A stretch of DNA of 64,000 bases from Acidimicrobiales bacterium. GTDB lineage: Bacteria > Actinomycetota > Acidimicrobiia > Acidimicrobiales > QHCF01. Shown here piece after piece: positions 1 through 8,045 of this stretch (its first letter is position 1; the number at the start of each line of letters is the position of its first letter). Below the pieces are notes generated by a model. That model saw nothing but the letters and a program-made list of their open reading frames with translations. It did not search any database and was not told where the DNA came from. The stretch spans positions 32,346 to 96,345 of the forward strand of contig JAVKSQ010000002.1 in assembly GCA_039583615.1 (NCBI GenBank), read 5' to 3'. Both the position numbers and the translations under genes were made by a program.

Positions 1-210
1 GATTGCCTCCGCCCCGCCTGCCCGGTGGTAGAAGAACGGCTTGAGCTCGTACTCCTCGTAGCCGGCGACGATGGACTCGACGACCTGATCCAGGTTCAAG
101 TCGGCGAAGAAGGCGGGCTCTGTGCCGTCATGGCCCTGTCCGGGGTCGTCACCCTTTGCGGGGTCAACATCGCCCCGCACCTGATCGCCAAGGATGCCAC
201 GAAAAGACAA
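1..210 (-). CDS. MutS-related ATPase family protein, N-terminal part (runs off the window)
   Basis: Not in the ORF track. TTG start at 210 follows an AGAGGAAGGA SD-like run. Translates MSFRGILGDQ...EPAFFADLNLDQVVESIVAGYEEYELKPFFY, which I recall as the N-terminus of the tandem 'MutS domain protein' family. The ATPase domain is not visible. Confidence 0.65.
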   Translation of the reverse strand, partial: MSFRGILGDQVRGDVDPAKGDDPGQGHDGTEPAFFADLNLDQVVESIVAGYEEYELKPFFYHRAGGAEAI

Positions 211-421
211 CGCGCCCTGGTCCTTCCTCTTCTGGAAGAACCCGTTAGCCACTCGGGCGGTTCGGCCATCCCGGAGCGGGTGGCCCCGGTGGGATCCATC
301 ACCGGCGGGGCTGCCTGTGGTTGTGATCCTAGCCTTGCCGTGCAAGCTCGCCGCTCACCCGGCCCGCAACGCCTGGGCGAAGGGGACAGCCCCGATCACA
401 GACCACTCATGTAGGCGACGC

Positions 422-1174
422 ATGTCCACCCCGGTGCGGTATCCTGCGCCGGGGACAGGCGTGAGCTACCTGCTGGAGTTTGACTTGGCCGAGGATCTCG
501 CCTTTCGGGGGTGTGCGTTGTGCCGGGCCGCCCACCGGACGGGCTGGAGGTACTTGAGCCGCTTGTTGACGGAGGATGTCAACAACTTCCGCCTGCGCGA
601 GGTGCTGAGGAAGTCCGGGGGCTTCTGCCGGGAGCACCTCCTGCTGGCCGTCGAGGTAGCTGCCCGGGAGTCCGACCCGCTGGGGATTGCCATCATCACC
701 GGCTTTCTCCTGGAGGTCGCAGCCACGAACGTGGGGCGGACGCGGCGTGGCCAATCGATCCGGAGATGGCCGCCGCGCCGGAGGCCGCCTCGCCTTGGCG
801 TGGTCCTTCCCGAGGCCTGCCCGGCGTGCGCCGCCGAGGCAGTCATCGTCGAGGGCTACGCCAGCCTCTTGCTTACCAGCTCGAGAGACGACATCCGCCA
901 TGCCCTCAGCGCTGACGACCGGGGCCTGTGCCTGCCTCACCTGGCGGTGGCCCTGCGTGCCGCCCAGGGCGATCGAGACGTCTCTCGCCTGGTAGAGGCA
1001 TGGGCCCGGCCGGCCCGCCGTTTCCGCCGCCTCCTGGACGAGATCATCCGCAAGCAGTCATTTCAGTATCGCCACGAGGCGGCGGGCGAGGAGGCAGAGG
1101 CCTGGCGCCTGGCGCCCGAGTGGCTCGTGGGTGCGGCCAGGTCTCGGACTGGCACCATCGAGACAGGGCTATAA
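422..1174 (+). CDS. DUF6062-like Cys/His-rich protein
   Basis: Duplicated motif pattern CALC...GGFCREH and CPAC...GLCLPH. ATG 422 chosen inside the 194..1174 ORF. Confidence 0.7.
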   Translation: MSTPVRYPAPGTGVSYLLEFDLAEDLAFRGCALCRAAHRTGWRYLSRLLTEDVNNFRLREVLRKSGGFCREHLLLAVEVAARESDPLGIAIITGFLLEVAATNVGRTRRGQSIRRWPPRRRPPRLGVVLPEACPACAAEAVIVEGYASLLLTSSRDDIRHALSADDRGLCLPHLAVALRAAQGDRDVSRLVEAWARPARRFRRLLDEIIRKQSFQYRHEAAGEEAEAWRLAPEWLVGAARSRTGTIETGL

Positions 1175-1230
1175 CAAGGTCCGGGCGCCCTGAGCCAGTA
1201 GCGGCCGTGAACGCCGCGGCGTTGGCACTC

Positions 1231-1581
1231 TCAGCCGGGCTGGCCGGCCCCGGCGCTGAGTGGCGCCGTCAGGGCCTGGCGAAGCGCCTCCAGGCGCTCG
1301 GGCACCGCTCGGTACCAGATCCAGGTCCCGCGGCGCTGCCTGGTCACCAGCCCCGCTTCGAACAGGACCTTCAGGTGGTGACTGACCGTCGGCTGGGAAC
1401 GGGCCAGGGGACCGGCCAGCTCGCAGGCGCAGACCTCCCCGCTGGGCTGGCCGGCGATGAGGCTGAGCAGGCGCAGGCGGATGGGGTCGGCCAGCACGCC
1501 GAAGGCCTCGGCCAGCAAAGCAGCCTCGCCCTCGTCCAACGGGGCAGCCAGCACCGCCGGGCAGCACGCTGGGCCGTCCAT
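1231..1581 (-). CDS. arsR: ArsR/SmtB family repressor
   Basis: LADPIRLRLL, EVCACEL metal site and SQPTVSHHLKVL helix-turn-helix; divergent from acr3/arsC. Confidence 0.95.
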   Translation of the reverse strand: MDGPACCPAVLAAPLDEGEAALLAEAFGVLADPIRLRLLSLIAGQPSGEVCACELAGPLARSQPTVSHHLKVLFEAGLVTRQRRGTWIWYRAVPERLEALRQALTAPLSAGAGQPG

Positions 1582-1636
1582 CTCCCCCCCTACCGTCTCC
1601 CTCCTACCGGCCGAGCTGCGCCGAGGTCGGCCTATA

Positions 1637-1685
1637 TTGACACTAGTAGATACAAGCCCTAGTATCGATGTGGCTCGATACTAGG
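1637..1685 (+). promoter_or_regulatory. Sigma70-type ars promoter with ArsR operator
   Basis: TTGACA(1637-42)-N17-TAGTAT(1660-65). A perfect 11-bp inverted repeat CCTAGTATCGA-N6-TCGATACTAGG (1658-1685) covers the -10 and the start of the SD. Confidence 0.85.
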
Positions 1686-1692
1686 AGGTTCG

Positions 1693-1830
1693 ATGGCCGG
1701 AGTCCACCTCGCCCTCGACGTGGCCCACCTCGGCGCCGCCGCCGGGTCCTGCACCAAGCTGTCCCACACCGCCCCCGCCAAGCTCCGGCCCGGCTGCGCC
1801 AACCTCTCGGGGGAACGCCGGCGTGGCTGA
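1693..1830 (+). pseudogene. arsI: Truncated, degenerate ArsI/CadI (VOC/glyoxalase) remnant
   Basis: AGGAGG SD then MAGVHLALDVAHLGAAAGSCTKLSHTAPAKLRPGCANLSGERRRG*, similar to the CadI/ArsI N-terminus (MSRVQLALNV..LF.T.PAK.RPGYANF). Only 45 aa. Confidence 0.7.
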
Positions 1831-1897
1831 CCCCGGCGTGGCTGACCCCGGCGTGGCTGACGCCGGCGTGGCTGACGCCGGCGTGGCTGACGCCGGC
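1817..1897 (+). repeat. 15-bp tandem repeat x5 (SCCGGCGTGGCTGAC)
   Basis: Directly visible; encodes ADPGV/ADAGV at the Acr3 N-terminus. Confidence 0.95.
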
Positions 1898-3019
1898 ATG
1901 GCCGCCGGCGCCGCCAGCGGGCCCGAGGCCGCCCGTGTCCCCCTGCGCCGGCTGTCCCGCCTGGACCGCTTCCTACCGCTGTGGATCCTGGCCGCCATGG
2001 TCATCGGCCTGGAGGTGGGCCGAGATGCTCCCGGCTTGGGCCGGTCCCTGAGCGCCTTGGACGTCACCTCTGGGGTGCCGGTTCCCATCTTCGTCGGTCT
2101 GCTGGTGATGATGTACCCGGTGCTGGCCAAGGTCCGTTACGGCCAGATGGGCCGTGTCACCTCCGATTGGCGGCTGTTGGCGAGCTCCCTGGTGTTGAAC
2201 TGGCTGGTGGGCCCGGCGGTGATGTTCGCCCTGGCGTGGGCCCTGCTCCCCGATCTGCCCGCCTACCGCACCGGACTGATCGTCGTGGGCCTGGCCCGCT
2301 GCATCGCCATGGTGCTGATCTGGAACGACCTGTCCGGTGGGGACCGGGAGGCGGCGACCATGCTGGTGGCCCTCAATGCGGTGTTCCAGATCCTGGCCTT
2401 CGCCGCTCTGGGCTACCTCTATCTCGAGGTCCTGCCCGGTTGGCTGGGACTTTCCACCGCTGGGATGCGAGTCTCGGTGGCCCAGATCGCCACCAGCGTG
2501 GCGATCTTCTTGGGAGCGCCCCTGGTAGCTGGCTCTCTCACCCGTCTGGCTGGGGAGCGGGCCAAGGGAAGGGACTGGTACGAGTCTCGGTTCTTGCCCA
2601 CGATCGGGCCATTTGCCCTCTACGGGCTGCTGTTCACCATCGTGGTCCTCTTCGCTCTCCAGGGACGCACCATCACCACCCGCCCCGGTGACGTGTCGCG
2701 CATAGCCCTGCCGCTGCTGGCCTACTTCGGGATCATGTGGACCGGCTCGTTCGCCCTCGGCCGGACCATCGGACTGGCCTACGAGCGTACCGCCACGCTG
2801 GCCTTCACCGCCGCCGGCAACAACTTCGAGCTGGCCATCGCCGTGGCCATCGGCGTGTTCGGGGTGGCCAGCGGCCAGGCCCTGGCCGGGGTGGTGGGCC
2901 CGCTGATCGAGGTGCCGGTGCTGGTGGGGCTGGTCCACCTGTCCCTGTGGGCTCGGCCCCGGCTGTTCCCCAGACCCCTGGCGGCCAGCACGGCAAGCGG
3001 CATGCGGGGGCCCCCATGA
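1823..3019 (+). CDS. acr3: Acr3 family arsenite efflux pump
   Basis: LDRFLPLWI, MMYPVLAKV, GLARCIAMV, AAGNNFELAIAV and GPLIEVP motifs. Confidence 0.97.
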   Translation: MADPGVADPGVADAGVADAGVADAGMAAGAASGPEAARVPLRRLSRLDRFLPLWILAAMVIGLEVGRDAPGLGRSLSALDVTSGVPVPIFVGLLVMMYPVLAKVRYGQMGRVTSDWRLLASSLVLNWLVGPAVMFALAWALLPDLPAYRTGLIVVGLARCIAMVLIWNDLSGGDREAATMLVALNAVFQILAFAALGYLYLEVLPGWLGLSTAGMRVSVAQIATSVAIFLGAPLVAGSLTRLAGERAKGRDWYESRFLPTIGPFALYGLLFTIVVLFALQGRTITTRPGDVSRIALPLLAYFGIMWTGSFALGRTIGLAYERTATLAFTAAGNNFELAIAVAIGVFGVASGQALAGVVGPLIEVPVLVGLVHLSLWARPRLFPRPLAASTASGMRGPP

Positions 3020-3441
3020 CCGAACAGTCGACCCCCCCACCCTGGGAGGTTCTCCTGGTGTGCGTGCACAACGCCGGGCGGTCCCAGATGGCGGCCGCCC
3101 TGCTCGGTCGGTACGGCCAGGGCAGCCTGCGGGTGCGCTCGGCTGGGAGCGAGCCGGCCGAGTGGCTCGATCCGGCCGTGGTCGAGGTCATGGCCGAGAT
3201 CGGCATCGACCTGGCCCACGAGCGACCCAAGGTGCTCACCGACGAGGTGGTACGGCTGGCTGATGTGGTGGTCACCATGGGATGTGGCGACGCCTGCCCG
3301 GTCTACCCAGGCCAGCGCCACCTGGACTGGGACCTTCCCGACCCGGCCGGCAGGCCGCTGGAAGAGGTCCGGCGGGTCCGCGACGAGATTGATCGCCGGG
3401 TCCGGCGCCTGCTGGCCGAGCTGGTGACCCAGCTCCCTTGA
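3016..3441 (+). CDS. arsC: Arsenate reductase (LMW-PTP fold)
   Basis: CVHNAGRSQM P-loop, GCGDACP and WDLPDP; ATGA overlap with acr3. Confidence 0.95.
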   Translation: MTEQSTPPPWEVLLVCVHNAGRSQMAAALLGRYGQGSLRVRSAGSEPAEWLDPAVVEVMAEIGIDLAHERPKVLTDEVVRLADVVVTMGCGDACPVYPGQRHLDWDLPDPAGRPLEEVRRVRDEIDRRVRRLLAELVTQLP

Positions 3442-3466
3442 CGCGTGAAGTAAATACTTCTACTCT
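3438..3466 (+). promoter_or_regulatory. Promoter of marR-MFS-hpnR with palindromic operator
   Basis: TTGACG-N17-TACTCT; the spacer holds the inverted repeat GAAGTA-AA-TACTTC (3447-3460). Confidence 0.7.
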
Positions 3467-3512
3467 CTAATAGTTCGCCTATAGTGGGAGAACCAGGACG
3501 AGGGGATGGCCC

Positions 3513-4058
3513 ATGCCCACCAGCACGGCCGGCGGCACCACCAGCCCGACAGACGGAGCCACCAGCCCGGAGCAGACCGGACAGACCGACCGAGGCAGTC
3601 TGGTCGAGCGCTTCCTGGAGCTCCAGCCGGTGCTCAGCCGGCGCCTGGGGGCCTGCCTCACCCCGGAGCTACGGGAGGAGCTGGGCTCCATCACCATCCA
3701 TCAGATGCAGGTGGTGATGCGCCTCAAGCCGGGACCGCTCACCATGCGGGAGCTGGCTCGCGACCTCGACGTCAGCGAGAGCGCCACCACCGCGGCGGCT
3801 GACCGGCTGGTCCGCCAGGGGCTGGCCGAGCGCCAGGCCGACCCCACCGACCGCCGGGTGGTGCGCCTGGCCCTCTCCGAGCGGGGTCGAGCCTTCACCG
3901 AGAAGTTCCACCGGGCCCGCCGGGGACAGATCGAGGAGGCGTTCAAGGTCCTCCTTGACGCGCAGATCCGTGCCTTCGTGGACGTCTTGACGACGCTGGC
4001 CGCCGCCGAGGAACCACCCACCAGGGCCGGGTCGCCCGCCAGGGGGGGATCGGCGTGA
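3513..4058 (+). CDS. MarR family transcriptional regulator
   Basis: LTMRELARDLDVSESATTAAADRLVRQGL and DPTDRRVVRLALSERG. Confidence 0.93.
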   Translation: MPTSTAGGTTSPTDGATSPEQTGQTDRGSLVERFLELQPVLSRRLGACLTPELREELGSITIHQMQVVMRLKPGPLTMRELARDLDVSESATTAAADRLVRQGLAERQADPTDRRVVRLALSERGRAFTEKFHRARRGQIEEAFKVLLDAQIRAFVDVLTTLAAAEEPPTRAGSPARGGSA

Positions 4059-5665
4059 GCGACCCGGGCGCGGCCAGCCCGGTAGAGGCCGGGGAGCCCG
4101 GCGACGCCCACCTGACCCACCGCCAGATCCTGATCGTCTTCTCCGGGCTCATGCTCGGCATGCTGCTGGCTGCCCTGGACCAGACCATCGTGGCCACCGC
4201 CCTGCCCACCATCGTCGGCGACCTGCACGGCCTCAACCGCCTGTCCTGGGTGGTCACGGCCTACCTGCTGACCTCCACCGCGTCGGCCCCCCTCTACGGC
4301 AAGATCTCCGACCTCTACGGGCGCAAGCGAGTGTTCCAGAGCGCCATCTTGATCTTCCTGGCCGGCTCGGTGCTGTCCGGGCTGTCGCAGACCATGGACG
4401 AGCTGGTCGCCTTCCGCGCCCTGCAGGGTCTGGGAGCCGGCGGGCTCATCGTGCTGGCCACCACCATCATCGGCGACATCGTCCCTCCCCGGGAGAGGGG
4501 GCGCTACCAGGGGTACTTCGGGGCCGTGTTCGGCCTGGCCAGCGTGGCCGGGCCCCTTCTCGGCGGCTTCCTGGTGGAGGGCCCGGGCTGGCGCTGGATC
4601 TTCTACGTCAACCTGCCGATCGGGGCGGTGGCGCTGGTGGTCACGAGCGTGGTGCTCAAGGAGAGCATGGTGCACCGGCGGCCGAGCATCGACTTCGGCG
4701 GGGCCGGCCTCATGGTGGCGGGGGTGTCGGCCCTGCTGCTGGTCACCGTGTGGGGGGGCAACCAGTACCCGTGGTCGTCGCCCACCATCATCGCCCTGGC
4801 CGGGGCAGGGCTGGCCCTCATCGCCGCCTTCCTGGTGAGGGAGCAGCACGCGGCCGAGCCGATCCTGCCGCTGCGCCTCTTCGCCAACCGGGTCTTCACC
4901 GTGGCCAGCGCCATGGGCTTCATCGTCGGGGTGTCGATGTTCGGGGCCATCATCTTCCTGCCCGTCTACCTGCAGCTGGTCAACGGGGTGTCGCCCACCG
5001 AGTCGGGGCTGCTGCTCCTCCCGCTGGTGGCCGGGTTGTTCACCGCCTCCATCGGCAGTGGCCAGATCATCTCCCGGGTGGGTCGCTACAAGGTGTTCCC
5101 CATCGTGGGCACCGCCGGGGTGGCCGTCGGGCTGTGGCTGCTGTCCCACCTGGGGGTCCACACCAGCCACCTGGTGGTGTCGTTGTACATGGTGGTGCTG
5201 GGCGTGGGTATCGGCGGGGTCATGCAGGTGCTGGTCCTGGCCACGCAAAATGCCGTCGACTATCAGGACCTGGGCGTGGCCACCTCACTGGCCACCTTCT
5301 TCCGTTCCCTCGGGGGAGCCTTCGGCACCTCGATCTTCGGGGCCATCCTCACCTCCCGCCTCACCCACCTGCTTCCCCGGCTCCTGCCCCCGGGGACCCC
5401 CGCCAAGGCGGTCCAGGTGGCCCTAACCGGCAGCCCGGCCGCGCTGGCCAGGCTGTCGCCGGCGGCCCACACCGGGGCGGTGGTGGCCTTCGTGCGCTCC
5501 CTGCACACGGTGTTCACGGTGGGGGTGCCCTTCGCCCTGGCGGCCTTCGTCCTGGCCGCGCTGCTCCCGGAGGTCCCGCTTCGCCGGGCGGTGAGGACGG
5601 ACAACCAGGTGCCGGCGGCCGACTCGGTGGAGGCGGTCGGTGTCGGCGGGCTCCGCTCGGGGTAG
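4055..5665 (+). CDS. DHA2 (EmrB/QacA-like) MFS efflux transporter
   Basis: LAALDQTIVATALP, GKISDLYGRK and WRWIFYVNLPIG; about 14 TM segments; GTGA overlap with marR. Confidence 0.95.
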   Translation: MSDPGAASPVEAGEPGDAHLTHRQILIVFSGLMLGMLLAALDQTIVATALPTIVGDLHGLNRLSWVVTAYLLTSTASAPLYGKISDLYGRKRVFQSAILIFLAGSVLSGLSQTMDELVAFRALQGLGAGGLIVLATTIIGDIVPPRERGRYQGYFGAVFGLASVAGPLLGGFLVEGPGWRWIFYVNLPIGAVALVVTSVVLKESMVHRRPSIDFGGAGLMVAGVSALLLVTVWGGNQYPWSSPTIIALAGAGLALIAAFLVREQHAAEPILPLRLFANRVFTVASAMGFIVGVSMFGAIIFLPVYLQLVNGVSPTESGLLLLPLVAGLFTASIGSGQIISRVGRYKVFPIVGTAGVAVGLWLLSHLGVHTSHLVVSLYMVVLGVGIGGVMQVLVLATQNAVDYQDLGVATSLATFFRSLGGAFGTSIFGAILTSRLTHLLPRLLPPGTPAKAVQVALTGSPAALARLSPAAHTGAVVAFVRSLHTVFTVGVPFALAAFVLAALLPEVPLRRAVRTDNQVPAADSVEAVGVGGLRSG

Positions 5666-5709
5666 GTCCGTCCCGATGGTCTACGCCGACGTCGAGGGCA
5701 GCTGAGCCC

Positions 5710-7191
5710 ATGCGGGTGCTCCTGGTCCACCCCAGCGCCCTCATGTACTCGGAGATCTTCCTGCGCCTCGAGCCGCTGGGTCTCGAGCGGGTGGCCGCCG
5801 CCCTGCGGGACGACGGTCACCAGGTGCGCCTGGTCGACCTGCAGGTCTACGGCTGGGAGGAGGTACGCCGCCAGCTGGGCCAATTCCGCCCGGAGGCGGT
5901 CGGTTTCAGCCTGAACTACCTGGCCAACGTGCCCGAGGTGGTCGACCTGGCCAAGGAGGTCAAGGCGGCGCAGCCCGGCTGCTTCGTCTTCGTGGGCGGC
6001 CACAGCGTGTCCTTCGTGGCCGACCAGGTGCTGGGGCACGGGCAGGGCGCCATCGATGCGGTGCTGAAGGGCGAGGGGGAGACGGGCGCCCCGGCCCTGC
6101 TGGCGGCGGCACCGGACAAGGCGGCGGCCGAGGTGCCCGGGGCGGTCACGCCGGACGGGTCGGGGCCGCCGCCGGTGATGCTCTCCGGCCTGGACGACCA
6201 CCTGCCGGCCCGGGACCTCGGGGGGCGCCGCCGCCGCTACTTCATCGGCGTGCTGGACCCGGCCGCCTCCATCGAGCTAACCCGGGGCTGCCCGTGGGAC
6301 TGCTCGTTCTGCAGCGCCTGGACGTTCTACGGCCGCAGCTACCGCAAGCTGTCGCCCGAGGCGGCCGCCGAGGACATGGCTCGCATCCGCGAGCCCGGGG
6401 TGTTCATCGTGGACGACGTGGCGTTCATCCGGGCCGAGCACGGCGACGAGATCGCCAGCCACCTCGAGCGCCGCCGGGTCCGCAAGGAGTACTACCTGGA
6501 GACCCGGTGCGACGTGCTGGTGCGCAACGAGGAGGTGTTCCGGCGCTGGAAGCGCCTGGGGCTCAACTACATGTTCCTGGGCCTGGAGGCCCTGGACGAG
6601 GAAGGCCTCAAGGCGTTCCGCAAGCGCAGCACCCCCGAGGTCAACCTGAAGGCGCTGGAGGTGGCCAGGTCGATCGGGCTCACCGTGGCCATCAACATCA
6701 TCGCCGACCCGGACTGGGACGAGGAGCGCTTCGCCTACGTGCGGCAGTGGGCCCTGAGCGTGCCCGAGATAGTCAACATCACCGTGCAGACCCCTTACCC
6801 GGGCACCGAGACCTGGTTCACCGAGGCCCGCCGGCTCACCACCCTGGACTACCGCCTGTTCGACGTCCAGCACGCCGTGCTGCCCACCCGCCTGCCCCTG
6901 CACCGCTTCTACCAGGAGCTGGTCAAGACCCAGTCGGTGCTGGCCCGCAAGCACCTGGGGGCGTCGGCTCTGGCCCAGACGGCCGGCGTGGTGGCCCGCC
7001 AGGTGCTGCGGGGCCAGACCAACTTCGTGCGAATGCTGTGGAAGTTCTCCAAGGTCTACAACGCCGACCGCCAGCACGCCGAGCACCAGCGTCCGGTCAG
7101 GTACCTGATGCCACCGCCTCCCGACCACCCGGTGGCGGTTGCCGACCGCCGGGACCTCTACGTCCACGTCCCCCTGCGCGCCCGCCGCTGA
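5710..7191 (+). CDS. hpnR: Hopanoid C-3 methylase (B12-binding radical SAM)
   Basis: MRVLLVHPSALMYSEIFLRLEPLGLE N-terminus and RGCPWDCSFCSAW CxxxCxxC motif; C-terminal DYRLFDVQHAVLPT and GQTNFVRMLWKF as I recall for HpnR. Confidence 0.88.
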   Translation: MRVLLVHPSALMYSEIFLRLEPLGLERVAAALRDDGHQVRLVDLQVYGWEEVRRQLGQFRPEAVGFSLNYLANVPEVVDLAKEVKAAQPGCFVFVGGHSVSFVADQVLGHGQGAIDAVLKGEGETGAPALLAAAPDKAAAEVPGAVTPDGSGPPPVMLSGLDDHLPARDLGGRRRRYFIGVLDPAASIELTRGCPWDCSFCSAWTFYGRSYRKLSPEAAAEDMARIREPGVFIVDDVAFIRAEHGDEIASHLERRRVRKEYYLETRCDVLVRNEEVFRRWKRLGLNYMFLGLEALDEEGLKAFRKRSTPEVNLKALEVARSIGLTVAINIIADPDWDEERFAYVRQWALSVPEIVNITVQTPYPGTETWFTEARRLTTLDYRLFDVQHAVLPTRLPLHRFYQELVKTQSVLARKHLGASALAQTAGVVARQVLRGQTNFVRMLWKFSKVYNADRQHAEHQRPVRYLMPPPPDHPVAVADRRDLYVHVPLRARR

Positions 7192-7282
7192 GCTCAGCCG
7201 GTATGGGCAGGCAGCCCCCGCCACGGACGCGTGGTAGGGGGTGTCGGGTAGAAAGGAAGCCCTTGGATGGTAGACTTCTGCA

Positions 7283-7546
7283 ATGGGGCTGAATATCAAG
7301 AATGCGGAGGCTGAGCGCCTGGCCCGGCAACTGGCGGCGGCCACTGGTGAGACGGTGACGAGGGCAGTGGCTGTGGCTGTCCGTGAACGTCTCGATCGGT
7401 TGCGTGGCGCGGACCTCTCCGCAGCAGCTCAGCGGGCGTCTCGGGTGCGAGAGATTGCCAGCGACGCCGGTCCTCGCTGGGTCGAGCCTTATCGCACTGG
7501 TGATCACGCTGACCTTCTCTACGACGATCTGGGAGTGCCTCGATGA
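7283..7546 (+). CDS. vapB: VapB antitoxin
   Basis: [29 protein letters not shown]...LYDDLGVPR; overlaps vapC by 4 nt. Confidence 0.9.
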   Translation: MGLNIKNAEAERLARQLAAATGETVTRAVAVAVRERLDRLRGADLSAAAQRASRVREIASDAGPRWVEPYRTGDHADLLYDDLGVPR

Positions 7547-7962
7547 TCGTCGACACGTCAGCCATCATTGCGATCCTGCGTGACGAGCCTGATGCCGACC
7601 GTTATGGCGCCGCCCTGGCCCGGGCGGCCGAGCCAGTGATCTCGGCGGGGACCTACATCGAGACCGCCATCGTCGTCGACTCCAACCGTGACCCGGTCCT
7701 GAGCGGTCGACTCGACGACCTGGTCGGCGTCACTCGTATCAGGATCGAGCCGGTGACGAAGCGCCAAGCGGAGATTGCTCGCCAGGCCTATCGCGATTTC
7801 GGGAAGGGCAGCGGCCATCCAGCCGGGCTGAACTTCGGCGACTGCTTCGCCTACGCACTGTCGCGCTCATCCGGCCAGCCGCTACTGTACAAGGGAGAAG
7901 ATTTCCCCCAAACCGACATCGAGGCGGCCCCAGGCGCCCTGGGGCAGGGGTTTCTTGGTTAG
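7543..7962 (+). CDS. vapC: VapC PIN-domain toxin
   Basis: [27 protein letters not shown] and LLYKGEDF. Confidence 0.95.
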   Translation: MIVDTSAIIAILRDEPDADRYGAALARAAEPVISAGTYIETAIVVDSNRDPVLSGRLDDLVGVTRIRIEPVTKRQAEIARQAYRDFGKGSGHPAGLNFGDCFAYALSRSSGQPLLYKGEDFPQTDIEAAPGALGQGFLG

Positions 7963-7970
7963 CGACGTCA

Positions 7971-8003
7971 GCCCCGCGCACCGGCTGGTGCCGGTGTTGG
8001 GGT
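7971..8003. terminator. GC-rich hairpin between convergent vapC and ileS
   Basis: GCACCGGC-TGGT-GCCGGTGT stem extended by CCCC/GGGG; no U-tract. Confidence 0.5.
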
Positions 8004-8045
8004 GGTTGGGGGGTCCCCGAGGTGCGAGCCCGTCACAGCGCAAGG

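Noticed and set aside
4750-5709. 813-aa ORF suggesting a long N-terminal extension or fusion on HpnR
   Set aside because: The extension is an off-frame read through the MFS gene; the real start is ATG 5710. The long versions of rluD, dapD, dapE, patatin and the phosphatase are the same artefact.
1-8045. Integrated mobile element boundaries for the accessory block
   Set aside because: No integrase, transposase, tRNA or convincing flanking direct repeat within the window.
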